From Macrostomum hystrix (taxonomy: Eukaryota; Animalia; Platyhelminthes): a stretch of DNA of 64,000 nucleotides. Below the pieces are notes generated by a model, which saw nothing but the letters and a program-made list of their open reading frames with translations, searched no databases and was not told where the DNA came from. The first letter of the stretch is position 1. Each line of letters starts with the position of its first letter. Both the position numbers and the translations under genes were made by a program. This document shows, in pieces, positions 1-13,461 of the stretch. Location of the stretch: assembly GCA_950097015.1 (NCBI GenBank), contig CATNEN010000011.1, positions 1,116,001 to 1,180,000 on the forward strand, given 5' to 3'.

Positions 1-204
1 GGCATTAGCAGACCTAAATAATTGGTTAAGACTCTATTGTTTCAGATGGTTTAAAATACAATAGATTTCTCATTAAAAGTTAAAGCAATTCAAATACCTA
101 TTAGCGCTAGAAAAGCTTCAAAGAGGAATGACTTTATTATCAATTCAACGAAATTGGCTGTATTGACCAAAGAAGCTAATGCATAGCATTTTGAGTTGGT
201 TCTG

Positions 205-2060
205 AGACAATCTAGACAGGATTCTAAAATGTTAGACTGAATTCTATGGTGTTAGACAGGATACTAAGGTGTTAGACAGGAATCTAAGGTGTTAGAAAGG
301 ATTCTAAGGTGTTAGACAGGAATCTAAGGTGCTAGACAGGAATCTAAGGTGTTAGGTAGGAATCTAAGGTGTTAGACAGGATTCTAAAGTGTTAGACAGG
401 AATCTAAGGTGTTAGGTAGGAATCTAAGGTGTTAGACAGGATTCTAAAGTGTTAGACAGGAATCTAAGGTGTTAGGTAGGAATCTAAGGTGTTAGACAGG
501 ATTCTATGGTGTTAGACAGAATTCTATGGTGTTAGACAGGATTCTATGGTGCTAGACAGGATTCTATGGTGCTAGACAGGATTCTATGGTGCTAGACAGA
601 ATTCTATGGTGTTAGACAGGATTCTATGGTGCTAGACAGGATTCTATGGTGTTAGACAGGATTCTATGGTGCTAGACAGGATTCTATGGTGCTAGACAGA
701 ATTCTATAGTGCTAGACAGGATTCTAACGTGTTAGACAGGATTCTATGGTGTTAGACAGGATTCTAAGGTGTTAGAAAAGATTCTATGGTGTTAGACAGG
801 ATTCTATGGTGTTAGACAGGATTCTATGGTGTTAGACAGGATTCTATGGTGTTAGACAGGATTCTAAGGTGTTAGACAGGATTCTCAGGTGCTAGACAGA
901 ATTCTATAGTGCTAGACAGGATTCTAACGTGTTAGACAGGATTCTATGGTGTTAGACAGGATTCTAAGGTGTTAGACAGGATTCTATGGTGTTAGACAGG
1001 ATTCTATGGTGTTGGATAGGATTCTAACGTGTTAGACAGGAATCTAAGGTGTTAGAAAGGATTTTAAGGTGTTAGACAGGAATCTAAGGTGTTAGAAAGG
1101 ATTCTAAGGTGTTAGACAGGAATCTAAGGTGCTAGACAGGATTCTAAAGTGTTAGACAGGATTCTTAGATGTTCGACTGAATTTTCAGGTGTAAGACAGG
1201 ATTCTATCGGGTTTGACAGGATACTAAAATGTTAGACTGAATTCTATGTTGTTAGACAGGATCCTATAGTGTTAGACAGGAATCTAAGGTGTTAGATAGG
1301 ATTTTAAGGTGTTAGACAGGAATCTAAGGTGCTAGACAGGATTCTAAGGTGTTAGACAGGATTCTATGGTGTTAGACAGGATTCTATGGTGTTAGACAGG
1401 ATTCTATGGTGTTAGACAGAATTCTATGGTGTTAGACAGGATTCTATGGTGCTAGACAGGATTCTATGGTGCTAGACAGAATTCTATGGTGTTAGACAGG
1501 ATTCTATGATGTTAGACAGGATTCTATGGTGCTAGACAGGATTCTATGGTGCTAGACAGAATTCTATAGTGCTAGACAGGATTCTAACGTGTTAGACAGG
1601 ATTCTATGGTGTTAGACAGGATTCTAAGGTGTTAGAAAAGATTCTATGGTGTTAGACAGGATTCTATGGTGTTAGACAGGATTCTATGGTGTTAGACAGG
1701 ATTCTATGGTGCTAGACAGGATTCTATAGTGCTAGACAGGATTCTCAGGTGTTAGACAGGATTCTAAGGTGTTAGACAGGATTCTCAGGTGCTAGACAGG
1801 ATTCTATGGTGTTAGACAGGATTCTATGGTGCTAGACAGGATTCTATGGTGCTAGACAGGATTCTATGGTGCTAGACAGGATTCTCAGGTGTTAGATAGG
1901 ATTCTACTAATTAGTCTGTAAGGTGTTAGAAAGGATTCTCAGATGTTAGACAGGATTTTAACGTGTTAGACAGGATTCTATGGTGCTAGACGGGATTCTA
2001 AAGTGTCAGACAGGATTCCATAGTATGAGACAAGATTCTATCGTGTTATACAGGATTCTA
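205..2060 (+). repeat. 20-bp minisatellite (GTTAGACAGGATTCTAWGGT)n, HCN intron
   Basis: Direct tandem units; the same unit occurs at 7085-7320. Confidence 0.97.
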
Positions 2061-2164
2061 ACGGGATTCTAACAGATCACACGTCAGCATGTGAGACAGG
2101 ATTCCAACAAGCGACAAGCGCAATCATCGAATTAATCATAAACAATCAAAAAACGAATTTTTAG

Positions 2165-5100
2165 ATTTTACTGGGACCTGTTAATGCTGATTCTGCTCAT
2201 CACCAACCTGGTTGTCCTGCCAGTGGCGATTTCATTTTTCAACGACGACCTCAGCTCGCATTGGATAATTTTCAATTGCGTTTCGGACACCATCTTTCTG
2301 AGCGACATTGCTGTCAATTTTAGAACAGGTTTGCTAATTGGTTGTCTTTTAAATATACCCACTATTTTATTTTTCCAGTATCTCTGACAGACTAATAGAA
2401 GCTTCCCTTAACTTTCCTCAGGTGTCATCACAAACGACTTTGCCGACGAAATCATCCTAGACCCGAAGCTAATCGCGCAACACTACCTGAAGTCCTGGTT
2501 TTTTCTAGACCTGGTCTCCTCCATTCCAATGGACTATATTTTCCTGGCACTCAATCAGCGAAATAACGTCAGCCAGTTGGTTCACGCTGGTAAAGGGCTT
2601 AATTTTCTAAAATAATACTTGCACAGAAATTAAAAGTGTTTCATTGCGAATGAAAAATTTCCATCAGGTCGCGCGCTGCGTATTCTTCGCCTAGCCAAAC
2701 TGCTCAGCCTGTTGAGGCTGCTGAGACTGTCGCGATTGGTCCGCTACGTCAGCCAATGGGAAGAGGTGAGGTGGCTTTTATGAGTTTGTTTTGTTAGGAA
2801 AATGATATCTATGTTTATTTATCTACTTAATTATGAGAAAAAAGGGAAATTTTTTTTGAGACTATTTTGTTATGTCTTATTTTCACAGAACAAATTTTGA
2901 AAATATTTGAATTCGCGCTAAAAAGCTAATTAGTAAAACAAAACAAATAATTATTAACAAACGAACTCTGATGCATGACGAAAAAAAAATTGACTTAGAA
3001 AATGTAACATAGTACATTTTGAAAAAAAAATTATTCAGCTTTCTCTAAACATATTTGCTTTATCATTTCGCGCGAATTCAAATTTTAAGCTTTTGATTTA
3101 AATGTAGATGCTATTTTCTGCTTTGAATTCCGCGTTTGATTTACAACATTTGGCAGTCCAAATCGATATAGTGCAGATCGTTCTAAGCCGCCATCCATTC
3201 GCGCACAAGGTTTCCAGGAATTAGAAACCGTTTAAACCGAAATTAATATAATATTATTTTTTCAGTTCTTGCAAGTAGCCACAAAGTGTCTCGGCATAGT
3301 CAAGCTGATTCTCATCATGCTACTCCTTGGCCACTGGAATGCCTGCTTCCAATTCTTGGTGCCCTTTCTCAACGACTTCCCGTCCGATTCCTGGGTGACC
3401 AAGGAAGGCCTGAAGGTGAAATATACAGTCTTTTTAAGTAAAAATTGGTCCAACAGGTTTGCCGTGATGTCGAATTGAACTAATTATTTTAATTCATATC
3501 GGAAAGTTACTATTAAAATATTATTCTGCACGCTTGCTTTAGTGAGTGAGTTCAGAAATCTTTTGTGAGCCCGTTTGCGTTTTTTACAAGTTTCTTATAA
3601 GACATGAAATTTAATTCATCCGTGTAAGTCACTTTTTGTGTCTGCATTAATAAAAATCGGTACTAAACCTTTGACGTAATTTTTGGAATAATTAGATATT
3701 GTTAAAGTAGTTAATGATTTTTAGCTGTACATAGTATCTAATCAAAGTGAAACACTTCTAAAATATTCGCTAACCTAACTTGGACTAAACTTAAGACATC
3801 AATTAAATTTAAAAGGTAGAAACCTTGTATAGCAGGCAGAAACACTTTTCTAATAGGTAGACACCCCTGTCTAAAAGGTGGACACCCTTGTCTGAAAGGT
3901 GGACACCCTTGTCTAACAGGTAGACACCCTTGTCTAACAGGTAGACACCCTCATCTAAAATGTAGATACCCTAATCTAACAGGTAGACACCCTTGTATAG
4001 CAGGTAGCACCCTCATCTAACAGGTAGACAACCTCATCTAGAAGGTAGACACCCTTGTATAGCAGGTAGCACCCTCATCTAACAGGTAGACAACCTCATC
4101 TAGAAGGTAGACACCCTTGTATAGCAGGTAGACACCCTCATCTAACAGGTAGACAGCCCCATCTAAAATGTAGATACCCTAATCTAACAGGTAGACACCC
4201 TTGTATAGCAGGTAGACACCCTCATCTAACAGGTAGCACCCTCATCTAACAGGTAGACACCCTCATCTAACAGGTAGACACCCTCATCTAAAAGGTAGAC
4301 ACCCTCATCTAACAGGTAGACACCCTCATCTAAAAGGTAGACACCCTCATCTAACAGGTAGACACCCTTGTATAGCCGGTAGACACCCTCATCTAACAGG
4401 TAGCATCCTCATCTAACAGGTAGACACCCTCATCTAACAGGTAGACACCCTCATCTAAAAGGTAGACACCCTCATCTAACAGGTAGACACCCTCATCTAA
4501 AAGGTAGACACCCTCATCTAACAGGTAGACACCCTTGTATAGCCGGTAGACACCCTCATCTAACAGGTAGCACCCTCATCTAACAGGTAGACAACCTCAT
4601 CTAAAAGGTAGACACCCTCATCTAACAGGTAGACACCCTCATCTAACAGGTAGACTCCCTTGTCTAACATGCAGACACCCATGTCTAACAGGTAGACACG
4701 CTTTTGTAACAGGTAGAAACCCATTTCCAACAGGGTGAAACCCATGTCAAACAGGTAGACACCTTTGTCTAACAGGTAGACACCCATGTCGAACAGGTAG
4801 AAACACCCTTGTCTAACAGGAGGATACCCTTGTCTAACAGGTTGAAATCCATGTCAAAAAGGTAGAAACACCCTTGTCTAACAGGTGGACACCTTTTTCA
4901 AACAGGTAGAAACACCCTTGTCTAACAGGTGGACACCTTTTTCAAACAGGTAGAAACACCCTTGTCTAACAGGTGGACACCCTTGTCTAACAGGTTGACA
5001 TCCATGTCAAAAAGGTAGAAACACCCTTGTCTAACAGGTGGACACCCTTGTCTAACAGGTTGACATCCATGTCAAAAAGGTAGAAACAGCCTTGTCTAAC

Positions 5101-8100
5101 AGGTGGACACCCTTGTCTAACAGGTTGACATCCATGTCAAAAAGGTAGAAACAGCCTTGTCTAACAGGTGGACACCCTTGTCTAACAGGTTGACATCCAT
5201 GTCAAAAAGGTATAAACAGCCTTGTCTAACAGGTGGACACCTTTGTCTAACAGGTATTACAAAAATGCAATAGCATCGATAATGATTGGCGCAACAACTG
5301 CAGGCATTCCCTAAATTTCAAATAACGCAAAACCGCACCTGCAGTTGCTCAACATAGCAAGCAAATTCATGGGCATATTTAACCTAGTGCTGCTAATGCT
5401 GCTGCTGGGACACTGGAACGCCTGCTTGCAGTTTCTCATACCGATGCTGCAGGACTTTCCCAGCCAGTCCTGGGTTTCAGTCTGCGGACTGAAGGTGACT
5501 GTACAGTGTCGGAGGAAATTTAAATATGCGTTAACCCGATAGATGGTGTCCGATGCTTTCCCAGAGTTAGATAGTGAAGCTACCTTATTTTAAGCATAGG
5601 ATTCTTTATTTCCGTTTTTAATATCCCTAGCAAATCGGACATTTTTAAAAATCCTATTAATTTGTTAATTCAGTTTTTTTTTCAAAACGATTTTATTATC
5701 TGTCAGATAAACTAATTTAATAAGCTAGGAACGCGTTTCTTTCTGCCAAAATCATCAACTTTTAATCGACACGAGAAAGCTAGCTCGTGATTAAATATTG
5801 TTACCTTTTTAACTTTAGTACATGCAGGCATTGGAAAAAAATTATCATTAGGATAAGTCACGAATTTCGAGTAGCCACTAAAAGGTTCTCATATCTTCTC
5901 TGTCTTCTATGTCTCGTGTCTCATCTCTCCCGTGTCTCATCTCTTTTGTATCTAATCTCTCACCTGTCTCATCTCTCCCGTGTCTCATCTCTCCCGTGTC
6001 TCACCTCTCCCGTGTATCATCTCTCCCGTGTCTTATCTCTCCCGTGTCTCACCTCTCCCGTGTATCATCTCTCCCGTGTCTCATCCCTGCCGTGTCTCAC
6101 CTGTCCCGTGTCTTATCTGTCCCGTGTCTCATCTCTCCCGTGTCTCATCTCTCCCGTGTCTCATCTCTCCCGTGTCTCATCTCTCCCGTGTCTCATCTCT
6201 CCCGTGTCTCATCTCTCCCGTGTCTCATCTCTCCCGTGTATCATCTCTCCCGTGTCTCATCTCTCCCGTGTCTCATCTCTCCCGTGTCTCATCTCTCCCG
6301 TGTCTCATCTCTCCCGTGTCTCATCTCTCCCGTGTCTCATCTCTCCCGTGTCTCATCTCTCCCGTGTCTCATCTCTCCCGTGTCTCATCTCTCCCGTGTA
6401 TCATCTCTCCCGTGTCTCATCTGTACCGTGTCTCATCTCTCCCGCGCCTAATCCTCCTCTTACGTAGTAACTTTCGCAATCATGACATTGTAACTTTCTC
6501 GTGTCGATCGCAACAAACATAATTGAAACACCTCGCAGCATGGACAATGTTAAGGCAGTTTTCTAGGCGTTAAACGAAATGAAACATTCAACAATACATA
6601 ATTCTGCGCTTTTTCTATTGCTAAATGCCACACTGCAATGCACATCAAAATCAATAACACAAACGCACCGAATGTGAAAAAAGACAGTCTACTAAAAATA
6701 GTTGGGATAATAACAAAGCAGCAACGCAGATTAATTAACTAACTGACACCCATTTCAGCTGTTAAATGTAGCTTCCGTGTTCATTCGTGTTGTAAACCTG
6801 GTCTGCCTCATGCTGCTGCTGGCACATTGGAATGGCTGCTTGCAATTCCTTGTGCCAGCTATTCAGGACTTTCCTAAGGATTCGTGGGTTAGGAAACTCA
6901 ATATTCAGGTACAGCAAAGTGAAGTCCGCTTTTTTCAATCAATTCTGCTTTCAGTTTGTTTTGAAGACATTTTAGTGCTTAAATATAGTTTAGGTTTTAA
7001 TTTAGTTTCCAGTTCGCTTTGAATTGCTTGGAACAATGTCAAAGATAAGTCGTATATTATAATAAACCAGAAGAGGATTCAAAAGTGTTAGACAGGATTC
7101 TAAGGTGTTAGACAGGATTCTAAGGTGTTAGACAGGATTCTAAGGTGTTAGACAGGATTCTAAGGTGTTAGACACGATACTAACATGTTAGACAGGATTC
7201 TAACGTGTTAGACAGGGTTCTAAGGTGTTAGACACGATACTAACGTGTTGGACAGGATTCTAAGGTGTTAGACAGGATTCTAAGGTGTTGGACAGGAATC
7301 TAAGGTGTTAGACAGGATACTTTTTATGAGATTGCTGTCACTAATTTAATTTATTTCCTCTATAAATGATTATACAAGCGAATTTCTATTTACTGAATCC
7401 TAATACAAGCACAATGCGCGTTGGTTAGATTCATGATTTTTTAGCTTTTCAGTTTAAGCGTGGCAGGTATGGCGAATTGCTAAAAAATTGGAAATTTTCA
7501 CAGTCAGGTAGAGAATGTGAGAGAGCAGAGAATGATGAGGTCCGACTTTAGGGCTGAGAAAGATTGTTATATTGAGAAGATTAGAAACGTGAATTAATGA
7601 TGCTGTTTTTCACTTTTAATTGAAATCTTAGACCTACAAATGCTTATTGAATGCTTAGCGCGTCAAAAAATTTCCCCTAATTATTAGAAAATAGAATTTC
7701 CATCTTTCAAGCACTTATAATTGACACGATTTACAGACAGCACTGCGCGTAATTTACTGTCTTGCGCAAAAAGCTTGTTTTTTAACCGTTGTGACCATGC
7801 ACTCGCTTTGAATATTTTTTCTTTGTTTTTTAGTACACATTACCAAAAGTCTATAATTTTACTGATCTAATCGATTCAAAGAATATAGAAAATTTAACTA
7901 GAACGACGTTGGCAAGAAACACGATTGTTTAGATTGTAATAAACGGAGGACTTTTGTAATTTTCAAAATTATTATTAAAAAATTAAATCCAACACGAAAC
8001 ACGCAGGACGCTCACTGGTTTCGTCAGTACACGTGGGCTCTGTTCAAGGCCATGAGTCATATGCTGAGCATAGGCTATGGCCAGCATCCGCCAACTAGCA

Positions 8101-11100
8101 TTAGCGAGGCCTGGATCACCATTGTCAGCATGATGACCGGCTCCTCCTGCTACGCCCTGTTTGTTGGACACGCTGCCGCCCTGATTCAAAGCTTCGACAC
8201 TTCAAAACGACTGTATCGAGAGAAGGTGAGACTCAGTACGGTGTGGGTTCAGTGCGGTGGATGTCCTGGTGTGGCATGTGTTCAGAGCGTTGGATGTCCT
8301 GGTGTGGCATGTGTTCAGAGCGGTGTATGTCCTGGTGTGGTTTGTGTTCAGTGTGGTGGATATCCTAGTGTGGTTCATGTTCAGTGCGGTGGATGTCATG
8401 GTGTGGTTCATGTTCAGTGCGGTGTATGTCCTGGTGTGGTTTGTGTTCAGTGCGGTGGATGTCATGGTGTGGTTCATGTTCAGTGCGGTGTATGTCCTGG
8501 TGTGGTTTGTGTTCAGTGCGGTGTATGTCCTGGTGTGGTTTGTGTTCAGAGCGGTGTATGTCCTGGTGTGGTTTGTGTTCAGTGCGGTGTATGTCCTAGT
8601 GTGGTTCATGTTCAGTGCGGTGTATGTCCTGGTGTGGTTTGTGTTCAGTGCGGTGTATGTCCTGGTGTGGTTTGTGTTCAGTGCGGTGGATGTCCTCCTG
8701 GTGTGGTTTGTGTTCAGAGCGGTGTATGTCCTGGTACGGTTTGTGTTCAGTGCGGTGTATGTCCTAGTGTGGTTCATGTTCAGTGCGGTGTAAGTCCTGG
8801 TGTGGTTTGTGTTCAGTGCGGTGTATGTCCTGGTGCGGTTTGTGTTCAGTGCGGTGTATGTCCTGGTGTGGTTTGTGTTCAGTGCGGTGGATGTCCTCCT
8901 GGTGTGGTTTGTGTTCAGAGCGGTGTATGTCCTGGTGCGGTTTGTGTTCAGTGCGGTGTATGTCCTAGTGTGGTTCATGTTCAGTGCGGTGTATGTCCTG
9001 GTGTGGTTTGTGTTCAGAGCGGTGTATGTCCTGGTGCGGTTTGTGTTCAGTGCGGTGTATGTCCTAGTGTGGTTCATGTTCAGTGCGGTGTATGTCCTGG
9101 TGTGGTTTGTGTTCAGTGCGGTGTATGTCCTGGTGCGGTTTGTGTTCAGTGCGGTGTATGTCCTCCTGGTGTGGTTTGTGTTCAGTGAGGTGTATGTCCT
9201 GGTGTGGTTTGTGTTCAGTGCGGTGGATGTCCTCCTGGTGTGGTTTGTGTTCAGAGCGGTGTATGTCCTGGTGCGGTTTGTGTTCAGAGCGGTGTATGTC
9301 CTGGTGCGGTTTGTGTTCAGTGCGGTGTATGTCCTAGTGTGGTTCATGTTCAGTGCGGTGTATGTCCTGGTGTGGTTTGTGTTCAGAGCGGTGTATGTCC
9401 TGGTGCGGTTTGTGTTCAGTGCGGTGTATGTCCTAGTGTGGTTCATGTTCAGTGCGGTGTATGTCCTGGTGTGGTTTGTGTTCAGTGCGGTGTATGTCCT
9501 GGTGCGGTTTGTGTTCAGTGCGGTGTATGTCCTCCTGGTGTGGTTTGTGTTCAGTGCGGTGTATGTCCTGGTGTGGTTTGTGTTCAGTGCGGTGGATGTC
9601 CTCCTGGTGTGGTTTGTGTTCAGAGCGGTGTATGTCCTGGTGCGGTTTGTGTTCAGAGCGGTGTATGTCCTGGTGCGGTTTGTGTTCAGTGCGGTGTATG
9701 TCCTAGTGTGGTTCATGTTCAGTGCGGTGTATGTCCTGGTGCGGTTTGTGTTCAGTGCGGTGTATGTCCTAGTGTGGTTCATGTTCAGTGCGGTGTATGT
9801 CCTGGTGCGGTTTGTGTTCAGTGCGGTGTATGTCCTGGTGTGGTTTGTGTTCAGTGCGGTGGATGTCCTCCTGGTGTGGTTTGTGTTCAGAGCGGTGTAT
9901 GTCCTGGTGCGGTTTGTGTTCAGAGCGGTGTATGTCCTGGTGCGGTTTGTGTTCAGTGCGGTGTATGTCCTAGTGTGGTTCATGTTCAGTGCGGTGTATG
10001 TCCTGGTGCGGTTTGTGTTCAGTGCGGTGTATGTCCTGGTGTGGTTCATGTTCAGTGCTGTATGCACACATTTTGTGTACATCGGCCTTGACTTTTTAAT
10101 TTTTTGTAAATGTAAATTCTCACCGTGTCTTTGGGGTTGGCTCTCATTCGGCTGAAGTACATGACAAGCCTCCAAATCAAATTGAGGCCGCATGTGAATT
10201 CTAACTCAGGAAATTTTGAAGCGAGAAGCTGAAGCTTTGCTGATGCACCTGTCGCTTTGTGTTATGTGAGGTGTTCTTGTGGGTATCGTAGGACTATGAT
10301 TGTCATAGTAGATAATTGGAGGAGGTATTGTATCATTCAGTAATCAGTCACCTAAAGCGTTAGAAATTTGTGATTTATAATTAAGGATGGAGCACACACT
10401 AGTTTGTGATTAATCAGTGCCTAACAATTGGGTCACCTTCTGAATAAAGGTGGTTAATTAAGCCGTGGGAACGGAAATTAAAGCCGTTAGGATTGCTGGA
10501 GATCAAAAGACGCCTGTCTTTCACAAATTTTCATTTAAAAATATTTGTTTTAATTAGCACCATGGAAGTAACGTTTAATTTAAATTTCGCGCGCAGTTTA
10601 AACAGGTGGAGGAGTACATGGCCTACAGGAAGCTGCCCAGAGCTTTGCGTCAGAGAATCGCCAACTATTATGAGCACCGGTATCAGGGCAAGATGTTCAA
10701 CGAGAATGACATCCTTAGCGAGCTGTCCGAGTGTCTCAGAGAGGTTGGTGCAACTTGTGCAACATGATAAACATCACGGACGATAAATATCACATATGAT
10801 AAACATCACACATGATAAAAATCACAGATAATAAGCAACAAAGATAGAAAACATCACACATGATAAACATCACACATGATAAACATCACAGATAATAAGC
10901 ATATCACAAATAATAAAAATCACAGATAATAAACAACACAAATAGTAAAAATCACAGATAACAAACATAACAGATGATAAATATCCCAGATAACAAACAT
11001 AACAGATGATAAACATCCCAGATAATAAACATCACAGATGATAAACATCACACTTGATAAACATCACAGATAATAAACATCACACATGATAAACATCACA

Positions 11101-13429
11101 GATAATAAACATCACAGAATATATACTCCAGAACGATAAACTTAATATAATGACGCAGTAGACTTTTGAAAACGAAATTGCCAACCCTTCGTCAGCAAAT
11201 CATCAACTACAACTGTCGAGCGCTGGTCGCGGCAGTACCATTCTTTACCTACGCCGATCAGGACTTTGTCTCTGAGGTGGTCACCAAACTAAAATACGAA
11301 GTGTTCCAGCCAGGCGATCTGATCATCAAGGAGGGCACAATTGGCACTAAGATGTACTTCATTCAGGAGGGCATTGTGGACATCATTACTAAAGACGGAG
11401 AGGTGGCGACCAGCCTGTCTGATGGATCCTATTTTGGAGGTATTTTTTTATGTTTTCTTGCAAATCTGATCGATGAGTTCATATTATTACAACTGGTAGA
11501 ATGACGGGGGAGAAATTAAGTGGGAGAGATAAGGATACAAGGATAAGGAGACGGAGATGAGATGAGAGATAAGGGAAGAGAGATATGGGAGAGAGATAAG
11601 TATTTAAATGGGAAAGAAATAAAGGGAAAGAGTTAATGGGAAGAGATAAGGGGAGAGAGATAATGGGAAGAGATAAGGGGAAAGAGAGATAAGGGTAGAG
11701 TGGTGAAGATCATAGGAGACATTTCTAAAGATTAAAATATAAATTTTGAGTAAGTTTTTTTTGTCTCCATTCACAACTCCATGTAGCTTTTTCACAAAAA
11801 GTCCCCACAGAGTACAATTCGCAGTTAACAGGCCTGAGAAAAATATCAATACTTTCGTCCACAATTGTGTTTCTGCTATTTCATCGGTCACGTTTGACCT
11901 CAGATTTTGGGACGTGACGCGAGACAATTAAAACTAATAAATTAATGATCATAATAGGTCCCCCAGAAGTGAACAATAAAAGTGTGTGAGTGAATTCACC
12001 AACAAATACCATTCACTTCTAGATTGATTAGAAAATTCGCATCGTATCGTTTGATCAGAAATTATACTCGCAGACGAAATCCCATTCTACAAAATCCCTA
12101 ACTCGACGAAAGACATCTTTTTCGGCAAAATCTCATTTATTTACAAAATCCCGTTTTGCGAAATCATTTTTTAACGAAAAATCCCATTGTTTGCAAAAAT
12201 CCTATTTTTTACAGAATCCTACTTTTACAGAATCCCATTTCTTACAAATTCGTTTTTTACAAAATCCTGTTTTTACTAAATTACTTTTTTTACAAAATCC
12301 CATTAACAAAAATCCCATATTTCGACGCAATTTCCTTGAAATCCCAACTCAATCCCAATCTCTCCATGCAGAGATCTGCCTGCTCACGAACGCCAGGCGT
12401 GTGGCCAGCGTACGCGCTGAGACCTACTGCAACCTGTACTCCCTGGAGCGCGAGAACTTCCTATCTGTGCTGGACAATTATCCCCTGATGCGTCGCACAA
12501 TGGAATCGGTGGCAGCCGAGAGGCTGAGCAAGATCGGGCAGAACCCGCAGCTGGTCAGCAACCGAGCTGATCTCAAGGAGGACCTGAACCTGGTCAAGGA
12601 GATTGTCGATCAGGCCGCGGCGGCGGCCGCCGAAGAGGCCGATGGCACCAGCGACAGCAGCGACGACGGCGACGGAGGCCATTCGGCGTCGTCCTCACAG
12701 AATCGTCGGGCCCGGACGCCGACTCAACAGCAACTGACTCCGTCCTGGGAGTCAACGGGAGGCACAGAGCGACGAAAATCGGTGGTTCGACTCGGACTGG
12801 AGAAGCTCGGCATCGCCAGGTGATCTTGAGGGATTCGGAATGTCTTTATCAACTTCTGTGCTGTTTTACTTGATTAAGTTTTCAAACTGGTGCCAAAATG
12901 AGATCAGTGACTCATCTCTCCCGTGTCTCATCTCTCCCGTGTCTCACCTCTCCCGTGTCTCATCTCTCCCGCGTCTCATCTCTCCCGTGTCTTATCTCTC
13001 CCGTGTCTCATCTCTTCCGTGTCTCATCTCTCCCGTGTCTCATCTCTCCCGCGTCTCATCTCTCCCGTGTCTCATCTCTCCCGTGTATCATCTCTCCCGT
13101 GTCTCACCTCTCCCGTGTCTCACCTCTCCCGTGTCTCATCTCTCCCGCGTCTCATCTCTCCCGTGTCTCATCTCTCCCGTGTCTCATCTCTTCCGTGTCT
13201 CATCTCTCCCGTGTCTCATCTCTCCCGTGTCTCATCTCTCCTGTGTCTCATCTTTTCCGTGTCTCATCTCTCCCGCGTCTTATCTCTCCCGTGTCTCATC
13301 TCTCACGTGTCTCACCTCTTCCTTGTCTCATCTCTCCCGTGAATAATAACGAATAATAATGACACGTACCGGTCCCGAAATTTTGATAGGACCAGACTAA
13401 GCGGTCGCCGTCGGCATCATCATCATCAT

Positions 13430-13461
<32 letters not shown>

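Noticed and set aside
5787-6522. Overlapping '[16 protein letters not shown]' ORFs (also 12840-13356 and 48814-49380)
   Set aside because: The 16-bp repeat is open in all three frames; it is intronic and not protein-coding.
8202-10193. ORFs of 295-663 aa (Cys/Val/Gly- or Thr/Arg/Asn-rich) on both strands
   Set aside because: Translations of a 33-bp intronic minisatellite lying between two bona fide HCN exons.
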